64,000 nucleotides of DNA from Prorocentrum cordatum (taxonomy: Eukaryota), in the NCBI GenBank assembly GCA_963575745.1, contig CAUYUJ010000303.1, forward strand, positions 496,001-560,000. Reading direction: 5' to 3'. The notes beneath the pieces were generated by a model. That model saw only the letters and a list, made by a program, of their open reading frames with translations. It was not told the DNA's origin and did not search any database. Made by a program: the position numbers and the translations under genes. Positions 25,653-38,579 of this stretch are shown piece by piece. The stretch's first letter is position 1. Each line of letters begins with the position of its first letter.

Positions 25653-26320
25653 GGAGGCGGCCGCGCCGTGCGAGCGTACATGATGCGCGACGCAGTCGTA
25701 GCCGATGGCAGTCGGTGCGATGCGTGCGCGCACGTATGAACCACCATCTTTTGTAGACCTCTATGCGTGCGCTCCGCCTGGAAACATAGCAACGCAACGG
25801 TTGCGACAGATTGGATAGCAATCGATGGAATTGCGGTACCTACCCTCATGCTGACGGCCGGCCGCATAGCGGAGGAGGGGGAGAGGGGAAGGAGGAGAAG
25901 AAGGAGTGGAGGGGGAGGAGAAGAGGGAGAAGGTGGAGGCGGAGGAGGAGGAGGAGGCGAAAAAAACCCCAAAAATTAAAAACAACAAAAAAAAACTACG
26001 ATCTCTGGCGAATTTTGGCCGCCAGCCGTCCCAGAAATTCTCCAGAAATCATTTTTGTTTTTGCCGGTTTTCTTTAGTTTCTGACGATTTCGATGATTCC
26101 GAGAAGGAATAGCACGAGGAGGAGGAGGAGGAGGAAGAGGAGGAGGAGGAGGAGGAGAGAAAGGAAGAGACATGAGAAGGGAACGGAGAAAGAAGATATC
26201 GATCGGCGTATATATATATATATATGACGCTCTTCGAAGATAATTGTGCCTCACCTTCTTTCGAGCACGACCGTGCGCATTTGTGCTCTAAAGGTTTTTC
26301 GGCAGGAGTCACGTCCGCGC

Positions 26321-26857
26321 ATGGCCGCTCCCGTGAACCTTGTCGAGGTCGGCGTGCGCTTGACCGAGCTCTGGCTGCTGCGGGGGCACGCCTGCCCGTC
26401 TTGCAGCTGTCCGGCCTGTCCGGCCCAGACCTGCTCGCTGACGTGCAGCGGGCCGGCCTCCAGCCACAGCGAGCGCTGCGCGGCTCCGGAGGCGCCGGGA
26501 GGCCCCGGTTGGCTCGCCGTGTGGCTGGCCGCGGCGGCCAGGGCGAGCTTCGCCTGGCTCGCCGCTCGCTGCTGGCCCCCGGCGGCCACTCACGCCGCCG
26601 CCCTCGCCACGGAAGCGCCGCCAGTCCCAGACCGCGCTGCGTCGCGGCCGACGCCCGCCGCGACAGTTGGGCCCGTGACGCCGAGCCAGCTCGCGTTGCG
26701 GGCGCGAGCTCGTGATGGCGGCCCGCCTCACGCTAGACCTGGCGGAGCCGCAAGTCCTGATCGACTTCCCGGACGATGCTGCGGGCCTGCGCTGGCATCA
26801 CCGCCTCCTTCTCATCCAGACGCCCACGCCGGGCGTCTGGATCGCCAGCACGCCTGA
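26321..26857 (+). CDS. Small leading ORF of the YR retroelement: Cys-rich motif plus hydrophobic segment; function unknown
   Basis: ATG immediately after repeat A1; CPSCSCPACPAQTCSLTC then GWLAVWLAAAARASFAWLAARCW; overlaps the gag start. Confidence 0.45.
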   Translation: MAAPVNLVEVGVRLTELWLLRGHACPSCSCPACPAQTCSLTCSGPASSHSERCAAPEAPGGPGWLAVWLAAAARASFAWLAARCWPPAATHAAALATEAPPVPDRAASRPTPAATVGPVTPSQLALRARARDGGPPHARPGGAASPDRLPGRCCGPALASPPPSHPDAHAGRLDRQHA

Positions 26858-27980
26858 CTACTCGGTCCAGAGGCTGGACCTCAGCGTGCATCGCGTCGTC
26901 GCTCTGGCGCGCAACGGCCCTTTCCCTGCGGCTCAGTGGAAAGAGAGGTACGTTTTTGACAACCCGATCCCGGCAGCGGACCTCGCGCGGATCAGGCAGC
27001 AGGCTGGCTCGCTCGCCGTCGTCCTCGGCCAGGTCGGCCCCGCGCCCGCGGCCCCTCCAGGCGCGGCCGGGGTCTGGCGAGTCGCCGACCCCTCGCATCG
27101 CGCTTTCGGGGACGGGATCCCCTCCCAGGTCCTCAGCGACCCAGCCGCGTTCATCGCGCCCGACGCCGCGGGCGACGAGGACTACCTCTGCGGCCTCGTG
27201 ATGATCGACAACTGTTGGACGTTCTGCCAGCTCGTGGCCGACCCTGATAAGGGCGCCCGGGAGAGGGCCCTAGTCTCAGACCACCGCAAGGACGCGCGGG
27301 TCGAGGGCGACACTCGCGACCCGCTGACTGGCCAGCGCCTGTCGTCCTTCGTTGACTCCTTGGCCCTCCAGCACGCGGCCTCGGACCCACCGCTCCCTCT
27401 CGGCGGCCAGAGGGTCGCTCACGAGTGCATGTGGACCTTGCGCGCCACGGACATGGAGTGGGTCACGCATCACCTGGACTTCGTCCACAAGCCGGGCATC
27501 TCGCCCAACAGCAACATCACGCGCGCGCACCGTCGCCTGACGGACGCGCTGCACGCCTTCCAGCAGCAGGACATGCTGAACCTTCCCAGCCTCGTCGGCA
27601 TCCAGGTCTTGGTGCGCTACCTCGTCCAGATCGAGACGGCGGTCGCCCGCAACCCTCGGAGCCCGGACTTCCAGGACCTCGACGCGGTCGTCGCCTCCAC
27701 GGTCAACGAGCACGGCGGCCTGGTCTTGCCCGAGTACACGAAGCACATCGCCCAGATCCAGAAAGACGAGGCTTTCACTTTGAAGCAGCAGCGGCAGTGG
27801 CGCGAGGAGCAGATCTCGCGCGCGCGGGGCCGCGGCGCTGGCCATGATGACGGACCCGGCGACGGCGCCGGAGGAAGAGGCGACGGCGGCGGCCGCGGCA
27901 GGGGCCGCGGGCGCGGTCGCGATGGTGGACGCGGACGCGGCGGTCGGGGGGCCGATGCCCCCGCCGCCGCCGACGGGTGA
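26715..27980 (+). CDS. Gag-like ORF of the YR retroelement (~421 aa)
   Basis: Long, non-low-complexity ORF upstream of RT; WHHRLLL near the N-terminus; RG-rich C-terminus. Confidence 0.7.
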   Translation: MAARLTLDLAEPQVLIDFPDDAAGLRWHHRLLLIQTPTPGVWIASTPDYSVQRLDLSVHRVVALARNGPFPAAQWKERYVFDNPIPAADLARIRQQAGSLAVVLGQVGPAPAAPPGAAGVWRVADPSHRAFGDGIPSQVLSDPAAFIAPDAAGDEDYLCGLVMIDNCWTFCQLVADPDKGARERALVSDHRKDARVEGDTRDPLTGQRLSSFVDSLALQHAASDPPLPLGGQRVAHECMWTLRATDMEWVTHHLDFVHKPGISPNSNITRAHRRLTDALHAFQQQDMLNLPSLVGIQVLVRYLVQIETAVARNPRSPDFQDLDAVVASTVNEHGGLVLPEYTKHIAQIQKDEAFTLKQQRQWREEQISRARGRGAGHDDGPGDGAGGRGDGGGRGRGRGRGRDGGRGRGGRGADAPAAADG

Positions 27981-30250
27981 CTCCCGTCGGCCAGGCCGCG
28001 GAGAGGCGGCGCTCGCCCCGGCGTCGCTCGGCCTTTGATCCCTCGCGGTCTGGTTCTCTGGAGGCTGGGGGCCGCGCGAGAGGCCCCGCTGCCGAGGGGG
28101 CTCTTCGATTTCTGATTGGCCGTGCTCACGGCTATCCTTTCCCTCTGCCGCTGCTGCGCAGAGCGACGCCGACGGGCGTGCTACCACGCAGCACCTCGCG
28201 CGGCGTGCGGCGGCGGTGCAACCAGGCGATCATGGCCCTGAACGACCTGGACGCGCCGCCGGCGGCTGCGCGGCGTCTCGCCTCGGCCCTGCCCGCGAAC
28301 GCTGCCCAAGCATCTGTTCTCCAGCGCGTTCATCAGCGAGTGGCTGCCTTCGGCGAGCCGCTCGGCGAGGACGGTGATGACGCGCTTCACTCCATTCTCA
28401 AGTCCAAGGACATCTACAGCGCTCGGCCAACTCCCGTTCGGCCCTATGAAGCGCATCTTTTCAATATTCTCGTCAGCGGCATACGGCCGCTTCCCATACG
28501 CTCGCTGGCCCCTGACTCGCTGCTGCCGCTCATCGACCACCCCGAGGTTCATCTGCTGGTCGCAGGCGGTGCTGGACACGATGACCGAGACCAGCGAGCT
28601 CGCCCCAGTGTGCCCGTTCTGGGACGTCAGCCTGAGGCGCGACCCCAAGCTCCGGCTCGATCTCTTCAAGAAGCTCATCCGCATCGGGCTGGTGGGCGCT
28701 CGCACCCGCTGCCGCGCCCGCGCCGGCATCTTCTTCGTGGGCAAGAAGGACGGGACGCTGAGGATGGTCATCGATGGCCGGGAGCCCTCGGCCATGCACC
28801 GTCGGCCGCCGCGGACCGAGCTCGGCTCCGCCGCCGCGCTCAGCGGCCTCTGCCTCGACGCCGACACGCTGGTGGACGGCGACTCGGGCCACCGCGGGGC
28901 AAGTGCCGACCTCCGCCAGGGCTTCTACCAGATGCGGCGGCTCGAGGTCGGCTCTTGGTTCTGCTTCGACTTCCCCATGGCCATCAAGAGCTTCGACCTG
29001 GACTCCGTCTACGACGAGGTGAGCCGCTGGTCGCTCTTCATCTGCAACGCCATCACTAAGGACGTCGCGAGGAATGGCATCGGCCATGTCCTCTCGACCC
29101 CCGCGGACGCCGCCAAGAACGCCTCCGAGCGCGCCCCTTGCGCCCGCCTCGGCCGTGGCGAGCTGGCGGGGGCCTCATAAGTCGACAACGCCAACGTCGT
29201 TGGCTCCCCGCGGGAGCTCGTGGACGCTGCGCTGCGCGCCATTCTCCGCGAGTTCGAGAGGCACGGCCTCTCTTTCCACGAGGTCTGCTACGCGACTCAG
29301 GACTTCGTCTGCTGCGGCGTCCGCTATGACTTCATCCTCGGCCGCGCCGCGCCACAGCGCGACCAGGCCTGGCGGCTGCGCCGAGCCGTCACCGCCCTGA
29401 TCGATCGCCGCGGCTGCGCGCCGACGGCTATAGAGGTGATCCTCGGCCACGTCGTCTACCACTTCATGCTCGCGCGGCCCGCCCTGGCGATCCTGAGCTC
29501 CCTCTACCGCGTGGCCTACTCGGATAGCGACTACTGCAAGTTCGACGCGGAGCAGCTTCGCGAGCTCGGCCTCGTGAAGGCGCTGATCCCGCACGCCTGC
29601 GTCGATCTCGGCGCCCCATGGCACCCCTGGGCCTTACTGCTCGGACGCCAGCATGTGGGGCTACGCTCTGGCTGCGTCCAAGTTCGAGTCCAACGAGCTC
29701 AGGGACATCGGGGCCAACCGCGAGCGCTGGCGCTTCCTCGCCCTCGACCGGTACTCCGACGACCCCGGGGACCTTCCAGGCGCCGAGTGCTCTACGCTGA
29801 CCAGCTACGCTGCCGGCGCTAGCGACGACGCCGCCTTCGCCGGCTTGGGCCCGCCGCCCCCAGGCCGCAGCGCCCCCCGCCGCCGGCGCGCCGCGCGGGT
29901 AGACGTCGAGACGGCCTCAGCCGCAGCTTGCCAGGTGGCAGCTCGTGGTGCGCGGCGCCTTCCTCTTCGGCGCGCCGATCCACGTCCCCGAGGGCCGCGC
30001 GACCCTGCTCGGTCACCGCCCGGCCACCCGGTCCGTCGCGGCCCATGGCTGCCGCGTCTTGTCGATCGGCGACAACCTCTCGTCCATGCTGGCTTTCGAG
30101 AAGGGCAGGTGCGCCAATCCTGTCCTGCGGCAGCTCGCCTGCCAGGCTGCCGCTCGGCGGCTCGCCACGGGCGCCCAGCGCTACCACCGCTACTCGGAGA
30201 ACAAGCGGAACCCCACCGACTACGACTCCAGAGCCGCCGACCGCTTCGAG
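27977..30250 (+). pseudogene. DIRS-type reverse transcriptase / RNase H, disrupted
   Basis: GIFFVGKKDGTLRMVIDGR and ADLRQGFYQ; catalytic YVDN reads TAA-GTC-GAC-AAC (stop at 29178-29180); RNase H YCSDASMWGYA, IHVPEGRA, IGDNLS, NPTD; several frameshifts. Confidence 0.85.
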
Positions 30251-30449
30251 CTCGCGCCCGGCCAGACGCAGCGGGGCGCGGCTCGCGACCTCGGCGTCAC
30301 CGTCAGCATGCCGCCCACGCCGCAGGCGCCGCCTGCCGGCCCAGCCGCCGCTGTGGGGACCGGCGAGCTGCCGCCCGGCTCCACAGGGCCCCCCGCGGGC
30401 CAGGGCGCTGGGCCCCACCTGCTTGGCGGCCAGCCGCGCACCCGCGCCA

Positions 30450-31100
30450 GGGCTCGGTGCGTCCTCGAGCTCTACGCCGGCTGCGCTCGGCTGACGGCCG
30501 CCTTCCTCGACGAGGGCCTCCAGGCTTGGGCCCCCGTCTACATCTCGCGAGGCTCCTGGCACGACCTGACCGATAAGAAAGTGATTGGCGCGATCCGCTC
30601 GCTGATCGTTCGCCGAGACGCGTGGCACGTGCATCTCGGCACCCCTCGCACGCCTTTCAGCCAGGCCACCCCTGCGAGGAGCAGGGCAAAGCACTTGGCC
30701 TCGGGTAGCAGTTCGGTTGCCTTTACGCTGGACATTCTTCGCCTGGGCGTTCGATTTGGAGTTAGATGGTCAGTTGAGAGTCCTTCAGCATCTCGTCTTT
30801 GGAAGTGTCCGGAGGTCACCGCTTTCTTGGAACGCCACCGTCATTATTTCGCTCACATGCATTACTGCCATTACAATTGCCGCTACCTGAAGCCCACAAC
30901 TGTCGTCACAGATCTGAAGCCTCTGCAGGCCCTCGAAGCCAGCTGTTCCCGCGGTCACGTTCACGAGGTCCGTGGGGGCTTGGTTCGGCTCGGCCCAGGA
31001 AAGGGCACCGCCTGGAAGACAAGTCTTGCTGGTCGATATCTGGAGGCGCTGGCTCGAGAGTGGGCCAGCATCTTGCAAGCGTGCGCCCCTCGTGCCGCCC
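30450..31100 (+). pseudogene. C5-cytosine DNA methyltransferase domain of the YR retroelement, degenerate
   Basis: Motif I LELYAG; motif IV GTPRTPFS (PC changed to PR); motif VI SVESP; YCHY..YLKPT; motif X AGRYL; in frame with the RNase H C-terminus. Confidence 0.75.
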
Positions 31101-31204
31101 GGGTCGATGGTCCTCGCCTTCGATGCCGCGGGGGGTCTCGCTTGGCAGCCGCTGCCGGGGTCGCCGACTGGGAGGTCATCACCGGAGATGGTTCCGCCGG
31201 GCCG

Positions 31205-31700
31205 GGAAAACGGAAAACAGCGAAGAGGGAAGCGGAGGCCGACGGGAGACCACCGGAATCGGAAAACGGAAAACGGAAAAAGGAAAACGGCGCAGAAAGA
31301 CGCGAGGGACCACGGGAAAGCACCGGAACGGGAAAACGGGAAACGGAAAACGGAGACCGGAACCGGAAACCGGAAAACGGAAAGCAGAAACCGGAAAACA
31401 GCGAAGAGGGAGCCGGGAGACGACGGCAGACCACCGGAATCGGAAAACGGAAAACGGAAAACGGAAAATGGCGTAGAAGGACGCGGGTGCCCACGGGAGA
31501 GCACCGGAACCGGAAAACGGAAAACGGAAACCGGAAACCGGAACCGGAAAACGGAAACCGGACAACGCAAAGCGGAAAATGGAAAACGGAAAACGGAAAC
31601 CGGAAACCGTAAAACGGAAACCGTAAAACGGAAACCGTAAAACGGAAACTGGAAAACGGAAAGCGGAAACCGGAAAACGGAAACCGGAAAACGAAAATCG
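31205..31700 (+). repeat. Subterminal (CGGAAAA/CCGGAAA)n heptamer array, left
   Basis: Dense AAAACGG-type repeats just inside the left TIR. Confidence 0.9.
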
Positions 31701-34124
31701 GAGGAGGAGGGGGAGGAAAAGGAGGAGGAGGAGGAGAAAAAGGAAGAGGAGGAGGAGCTTCCCTTCCTCCTCTCTCCCTCTTGCCCCCCCCCCGCCCCTC
31801 CTCCCTCCCCGTTCCCTTTGCCAGGCTTCCTCCCTTCTTCCCTCCTGCCTCCCCCCTCGTTGATCCTGCCCTCACCTCCCTGTCTCCCTCCTCGTTCCCT
31901 CCTTCTCCTCCTCGCCCCTCTTCCCGGGCGGGGCCGGCGCGCGAGCTGGCCAGACCGAAGGGCAACGACGATCTGATTTCAAGAAGCCCCCAAAACGTTC
32001 CAAGACTGCTCCAAGAGTTTTCCGAGACCTCCAAAGAGGCCCCCAAGAAGCCAAAATTCCTTCAAACACCAGAAGAAAATGAATGATTTTTGCTTTCTCG
32101 CCTTTCCGCTTTTGATGGCCATCCGAAGCCTCAAGGCGCATCCAATGTGGCCCGGGAGAGTCCCAGGAGAGGCCCGAGAGAGCCCCAGGGCGGCCCCAAG
32201 AGCGCCCCAAGAGCGATCCAAGAGAGGTCCAGGAGGCGTTTGTCGGTGCTCCCAAGGGGGGAGGCAAATTGAAGCTCACCTTTTTGTGATCGATGTCCTC
32301 CAAGATGGCCCCAACAGCGCCCCTAAAGCTCCCAAGAGCGGCCCAGGAGGGCCCCAAGAGGCGCTCAGGCAGCCCGAAGATGCCTCCAAGAGGCTCCCGA
32401 GAGACCCTATACGAGGCCCCAAGAGGATCTCCGAGGTACCCAACTCTCCCTCCTTCTCCTCCTTCTCGTCCTCCTCGTCCTCGCCCTACTCCGCCTCCTC
32501 CTCCTCCTCCTCCTCCTCCTCCTCCTTCGACGACGACGATTCCTCCTCCATCCTCCCCCTCCTGCGGTATATGACGGCGTCCCCCGCCCTTTGTCCTTCT
32601 GCATGCTCCCCCACTTCTCGTATCATCTCAACTCTCCTGGGCATCGTTTCTGGATGGGCTGGTGGGGATATGTGAAGCGTCAACAATAGCAGCGCGTTCA
32701 TCGATTACCGATGACAAATCCCACCAGTCCTCTGGGCGGAGGTGGTCTACGGCGTTTCCTCTGGTAGCTTTCCAGAAACCCCTCTCCCTACCCTCTCCCC
32801 TGGACCTCGCCGCACCCCCTGCAATATTCTGCAAAAGAGGGGTGCAAAGATTCCGCGCTGACCCTGCAACACCCTGCAATACCTTGGAAAACGACCCTGC
32901 AAACCAAACCCCTGCAGTACCATGCAATACCCTGCAAGCCACCCTGAAATACCTTGCAAAACGACCGCGCACCCTCTGGGTGGAGGAGGTCAGGAGCGGT
33001 TCCTCCGCACGCTTTCTAATCCCCGAGCCCGCTGGGCGTGAGTGGTCTAGCAAATTGCCTCTTCCAACTCCCCTGCTTCGCCTTCGGGGAGGGGCCTATC
33101 ATTTTTTCCCATTCGAATGATACCGGAGAAAAGACCCAATCAGGGCTATAGGGCTAGGGGGCTATAGGGCTATTGAGCTAGAGGTCTATAGAGCTATAGG
33201 GCTATAGAATTGTAGGGCTGTTGGGCTATAGTGCTTAGGGCTATAGGGCTATAGGGCACCCCCGGGCACGCCCGGGCACCCGGGCCCCCTGGCCCCCCAG
33301 GGCACCCCCAGGCACCCGGGCGTGCAGCGAAAATCGGCGACAAACCTAACCTAACCATATGAATCCGCTATGGCCCCTACAGAAGCAAGCTCTGATTGAG
33401 GAATAAACACCCCCCCCCTGGCCCGACTGGCAGCCAATCTGGATCCATAACGACGCCCATGGCAACGCCCCCCACAACATCCCTGTCAAAAGCCATACAA
33501 CATAAACTTTTTCCTCTGGAGCCTGGAGCATGCGCGGGCATCCCGCGACCACTTAGCATGGGGTCTTGACAAGGACGGCGGCGGTGCCGGCACATTGTTC
33601 GCCGCGCGCCCGCCCGCGCACAACAAACCCGCCGTCATTGCGCATGGTTTTTGACAGGGACGGTGGGAGGGTCGACGTATTACCCAATGTGGCGCACTTG
33701 GCCCGCGTGGCGCAGCTGACATGTGCGGCCCATCTCGCGGGCTTCGCGCACCTGGTTGGCGTTTGCATTGGTTCCCGATAGCTGTCGATGGTGGCCCCTG
33801 TCTATGCTGAAACTCGGGTGCTTCTTATGTGTTGGGGGGGCGGGTGGGAACAAGCGAGACGGCTTGTTGCTTGTGGGTAACTTAATCACTGCTTTGTTGC
33901 TTGTGGGTAACTTAATCACTGCTCCCTATTAATAAACACCCCCTCCCCCAGGCGACTGGGGGCCAACCCGAGTCCATGCCGACGCCCCCCCCGCCATCCC
34001 TGCTTAAAAAAATAAAAATAAAAAAAAATGCAAAACGCACTCTGCCTCCAAATTCGGAACATGCGCAGCCAACCCGATGCGGCCCCCCACCATCCCTGTC
34101 AAAACAACGATACAGAGTACACTT

Positions 34125-34197
34125 GGCGGCGGTGGCGGCTGCGGCGGCTGCGGCGGCGGCGGCGGCGGCGGCTGCGGCGGCGGCGGCGGCGGCGGGC

Positions 34198-34238
<41 letters not shown>

Positions 34239-34288
34239 AGCGGCTGCGGCTGGCGCGCTGCGGCTGCGGCGGCGGTTTGGCAGCGGGG

Positions 34289-34326
<38 letters not shown>

Positions 34327-34360
34327 GGCGGCGGCGGCGGCGGCGGGCAGCGGCGCGGCT
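34125..34360 (+). repeat. (GGC)n trinucleotide tract
   Basis: Directly visible. Confidence 0.92.
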
Positions 34361-34964
34361 GCTCCCGGCTGTCTTGGAGTCCAGGGGCAAGCCGGTTGGC
34401 GAGCTTCAGGAGGGAAAAAAACACAGTCACAATTAATTGTCGATCCCCCCGAAAATATAGGAAAATATGGGAAGTGTGGGGGAAGACAAAAACCTAGAAA
34501 ATATATGAGAATATTGGGAATCTGTTTATTTGTGTGTATTAATGTGTGTGTCCTGGGGCCCCTTCAGAGCTGGTCGCCTGCGTGTGTGCTCCTGCGGCCG
34601 GGATCTGCCAGAGGTCGAGTGGTCTTCTCTGTGTTTCCCACCGTTTGGCAGGAGATCCAGCGCCGTCTCGCGTTCGGCAACGCCGATGCGCTGCCTGGCG
34701 CTACGTGGACAGCCAAGCGCGAACGCCACCGGCACGAGCACTACCACTGCTACCACCAGCGCGGCCACCACTCCCACCGCCGCGACCACTACCAGCTCCG
34801 ACGCGACCACCACCACGGGCCCGACGACCATTAGTACGGCCACAACCACGACACGCCGCGATTCCCATGACGGCCTCACCACGACCAGTGCGGCCGCGGT
34901 GCCCGACGCGACCATTGCCGCTCCCGGGCCCGACGAGCAGTCGCACGACCACCGCCGCGACCAT

Positions 34965-35460
34965 TGGAGCCTTTAGTGGAGCTTCCTACGGGGCCATGAA
35001 ACGCGTGAAGAGTGTATCGCCTTGGGTGCGGGGCCGCCATGCGAACGCAGCTCCTGGGGCCTCCGGCGGAGCCCCCTTTGGGGCCGCGAAGCGTGCGAGG
35101 GTCGTGCCGACGCGGGCGCGGTGCCGCCTGGCGAAAGCAGCCGCTGGAGCCTTCAGTAGAGGCCCGCCTAGGGCCACGACGCTTCTGAGGGGTGTGCCGA
35201 AATGGGCGCGGTGCCACCGTGCGATCGCAGTGGGGCCACGAAACGTGTGAGGGGCGTGCCGACATGGAGGTGGAACTGCATGCGGATCCTGTCGCTGGGG
35301 CCTTCGGTGGAGCACCCAATGTGGCCACGAAGCGCGTGGGGGGTGCGCCGAAATGGAGGTGGAACTGCATGCGGACCCTGCCCTGGGGCCTTTGGTGGAG
35401 CACCCAATGTGGCCACGGAGCGTGTGAGGGGTTCGCCGACATGTAGGTGGAACTGCCTGC
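34965..35460 (+). repeat. Diverged ~90-bp minisatellite
   Basis: GG(A/G)GCCTT..GTGGAGC..GGCCACG..GCCGA block repeated 5-6 times. Confidence 0.75.
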
Positions 35461-38400
35461 GCGCATATAATGATGATGAGGACATGCGGAGTGCAGAGGC
35501 AAGAGATGGGAGGAGGAGGAGGAGGAGGAGGAGGAGGAGGGCAAGGAGGAGGAGGAGGAGGACGAGGAGGAGGGGAAGGAGGAGGAGGAGGGCGAGGAGG
35601 AGGAGGAGGCGGAGGCGGATTGGCCCCCAGTAGCTCCCCATCCCAAGACGACTGCTGAATATGCTGAGGCTCGGGCCAGACTCGGGTGCTACGTATGTGT
35701 TGGGAGGGCGGGTGGGATTGAGCGAGGCGGCCTGCGGGCGGGGAGGGGGTAACTTAACCCCTCCCCCCACCCCCTCCCCTGGACCTGGAATGGAGGTGCC
35801 GCGACCGATTTGAGCGTCCAAGAAGGCCTCGGCGAGATTCTACAAATCACTGATTCTCCTGAGGTGTTGGGGGGTGGGGGGGGGGGAGAGGCTAAGAAGG
35901 ACCCCCCTTCTTTGATCGAGCTCTTCCAAGATGGCCCAAAGATGGTCTCCAAGGCTTCCAAGAGGCCACAAAGAGGTCCCCAGGAAGCTCCCAAGAACCC
36001 CCCAAGAGGCCTGAGGTACCAAGACGCTGCAAGAGGGTCCTGGGACCGCCAGGACGCCCCCGAGACGTCCAAGCAGGACTCCAAGAAGCTCTCAAGAGAC
36101 ATGCGAAGAGATTCCGAGAGGCATGCAGGAGGCCTCTGGCCCTTCAGCTCACCTCCTCCTCCTCTTCCTCCTCCTCCTTCTCCTATTCCTCATCCGCTTA
36201 TTCCTCCTCCCTCCTCCCTCCGCCCCCCCCTCTCCCTCTCCCTCATCCTTTTCCTCCTCCTCCTCCTCCTCCTCCTCCTCCTCCTCCTCCTCTGTCCCCC
36301 CCTCTCGTTGTATGACGGCCCCCCCACTCCCTTATTCCACTGCGTGCTCCTCCGTATCCGGGATCAGGGCAACTCGCCTGGACATCGTTTCTGCATGAGC
36401 TCGTGGAGTTACGCGAAGCGCCTAGACTAAGATCTCGGCATCTGCGGGCCTAGGGGGTCGGCGGCGCGGCGCAAGCTAGCGAAGCATATGTCCAAGAATT
36501 CTCGCCGACACCACGGGCAGTGGAAGGCAAGAAACTGAAGCACGCGGGCATCATTACAGACCTCCGCACAAATCTTTACGTCTTGCTCTGTCTGACCTGG
36601 CCAGTACCATCTTCTGAAGTAGCCTCACGGGGCGAGAACTCGGAGAGGGTCGATCCCAACCTTGGTTAAGTTTCGGCCGAACCTCCCCATGAATGGCCCC
36701 CGAGCTGTGACCCACGCGTGGCTGGCGAACTCCCACTCGTGGAAGTCAGGCCCTGCTTGCGAGCATTGCGTGGCCTGCTCATCGTCACCGAGCGCGAGAA
36801 CCAGCCAAGCCCAAGAGGGAGAGGCGGTTGGGCTCTCCTCGCTCCCGCCACCTGTGTTCGCCAGCGGCGCTAGGTGCCCATCGGCGCCTCCAGGCCACTT
36901 TCTCTGGCGCTTGCCGAGGAGAAGTGCAAATCTCCCAGGCCAGAGAACGACCCCTGGCCCCTCCTCCTGCTCGGGCGCGGCCATATCTGCGAACGCACGG
37001 ATCAATGCAATGCATCCGTGGACCTCTTGATCTTTGCCACAGCAGGAACGAAATACAAGTGAACAGGGCACGCCGAAGTTGAATTGAACCCCAACTCCGC
37101 CGGAACAGCCCCCCTCGGTGCATCAATCTTTGACTGGGCAGGGAAGACTGTTGGTTGGCGGGGGGGCAGGCGGTAAGCAGCAAACATGGGACGGGGGAGC
37201 TCGGCGTCGGTTCCAGACATCCTCCAGTACAATCGGACCCAGGACTGAAGAACATCCCACAAGAACACGAGGCCATCCGCCGGCCAAAACAACCCAAACC
37301 ATACGATCACTCGAATATCTCATCCCCCAGGATGCCCCCAAAACATCCCACAAACTGTTTTTTTGCGTCGGCGGCTAGGCAGAGTAACTGCGCTGGCGGA
37401 GAGCTAACTAAACGGGGGTGCCGTTGCAGCGAAGTGCGCCACCATGCAGGAGAAGGGGACAGGGCAGAGGAAGCGGCCGAAGCAGGGGGCGGGAAGGGAG
37501 CGAGGCCTCTCAGGGGGGCGGGTCACGCCTTGAGCTCGTGGAACATCCCACAAACACGAAGAACAATAGGTTACCCTCCACGAGCCGACCTCGATCTTGT
37601 ACCTCGGTCCGGCTGTCTGATTTTTTGTTCAATCCGCGACCCCCCAGCAGCTCCCGACTCCTGCCCCTGGGGGTAGTGCCTCGCCCCGTGGATCCCGCGC
37701 TGGTGGCCCCGAGGGCCGCAGAGGTCGAGATCGAGGGGCGCGGCCCAGATCGAACAAATCTCATCGTCGCTGGCGGCCCGCTCAAGCCGCCGCGTTAGGC
37801 CGCTATGCAATCTCGCGTAGGGCCCGCTCTTGATCGTGGAAAAAACGCAGCGTGCCGCGCTCGCGCCCCGCGTAAGCTGTGGCGTAAGGCCGCTGTGCCA
37901 TCTCGCGTGAGGCCCGCTTTTGAGAGCCGCTCGTGTGGTCGCCCAGCTTCCCCGAGCTGTTTCGGGGCCCCTGCCGTCGAGGCGGGGCCCAGAGATCCGG
38001 GGTCCCCAGTCCCAGCTCTCATTGGCCATGCCGCGGAGAACCCACGAGCTGGTCTGGCAGGGCCGCCCTGCCGCACCGCCCGAGCGGCAACGGCCAGGCG
38101 TCCCAGCGCAGCGAGAGAGGGTCGGGGGGGCGATCAGCACCGCCATCGGCTCGCGAGGCTCTGGACGGAGACTCCGGACCCTCTGGCGCCAACCTGATCG
38201 GACAAGAACGCAGAGCGCCGCGTTTGTCCGTTAGGCTCGAACGTAAACCAACAAAAAGAAGTGGGCGACGACAAGGCGGCCGATGACGAGGATGACGGCG
38301 TGGATGACGGGGAGAGTTGCGAAGCTCTGGCCGGAGAGTCTGGACCTTCTGGCGCCAATCCGCCGGTACCCGTGGTGCCGCACAGTCACCAGGCATTCGA

Positions 38401-38579
38401 ATGCAACTGTCGACCTCTTGACTTGTGCCCTGGCAAATGTTGAGCTTGTCTGGACGAGGCGTACCGAAAGTAAACTGAAGCCCAACTCCACAAGAACGGC
38501 CCCTCGGTGTACCAGCTTTTGACGACAAGAGGGGGGGGGCCTGTGCTGGGTGCGGGCGGCAAGCAATAAAACGCAGACT

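Noticed and set aside
21460..25880. TIRs/TSD delimiting the transposase-helicase unit
   Set aside because: Searched by eye; no convincing inverted termini or duplication found
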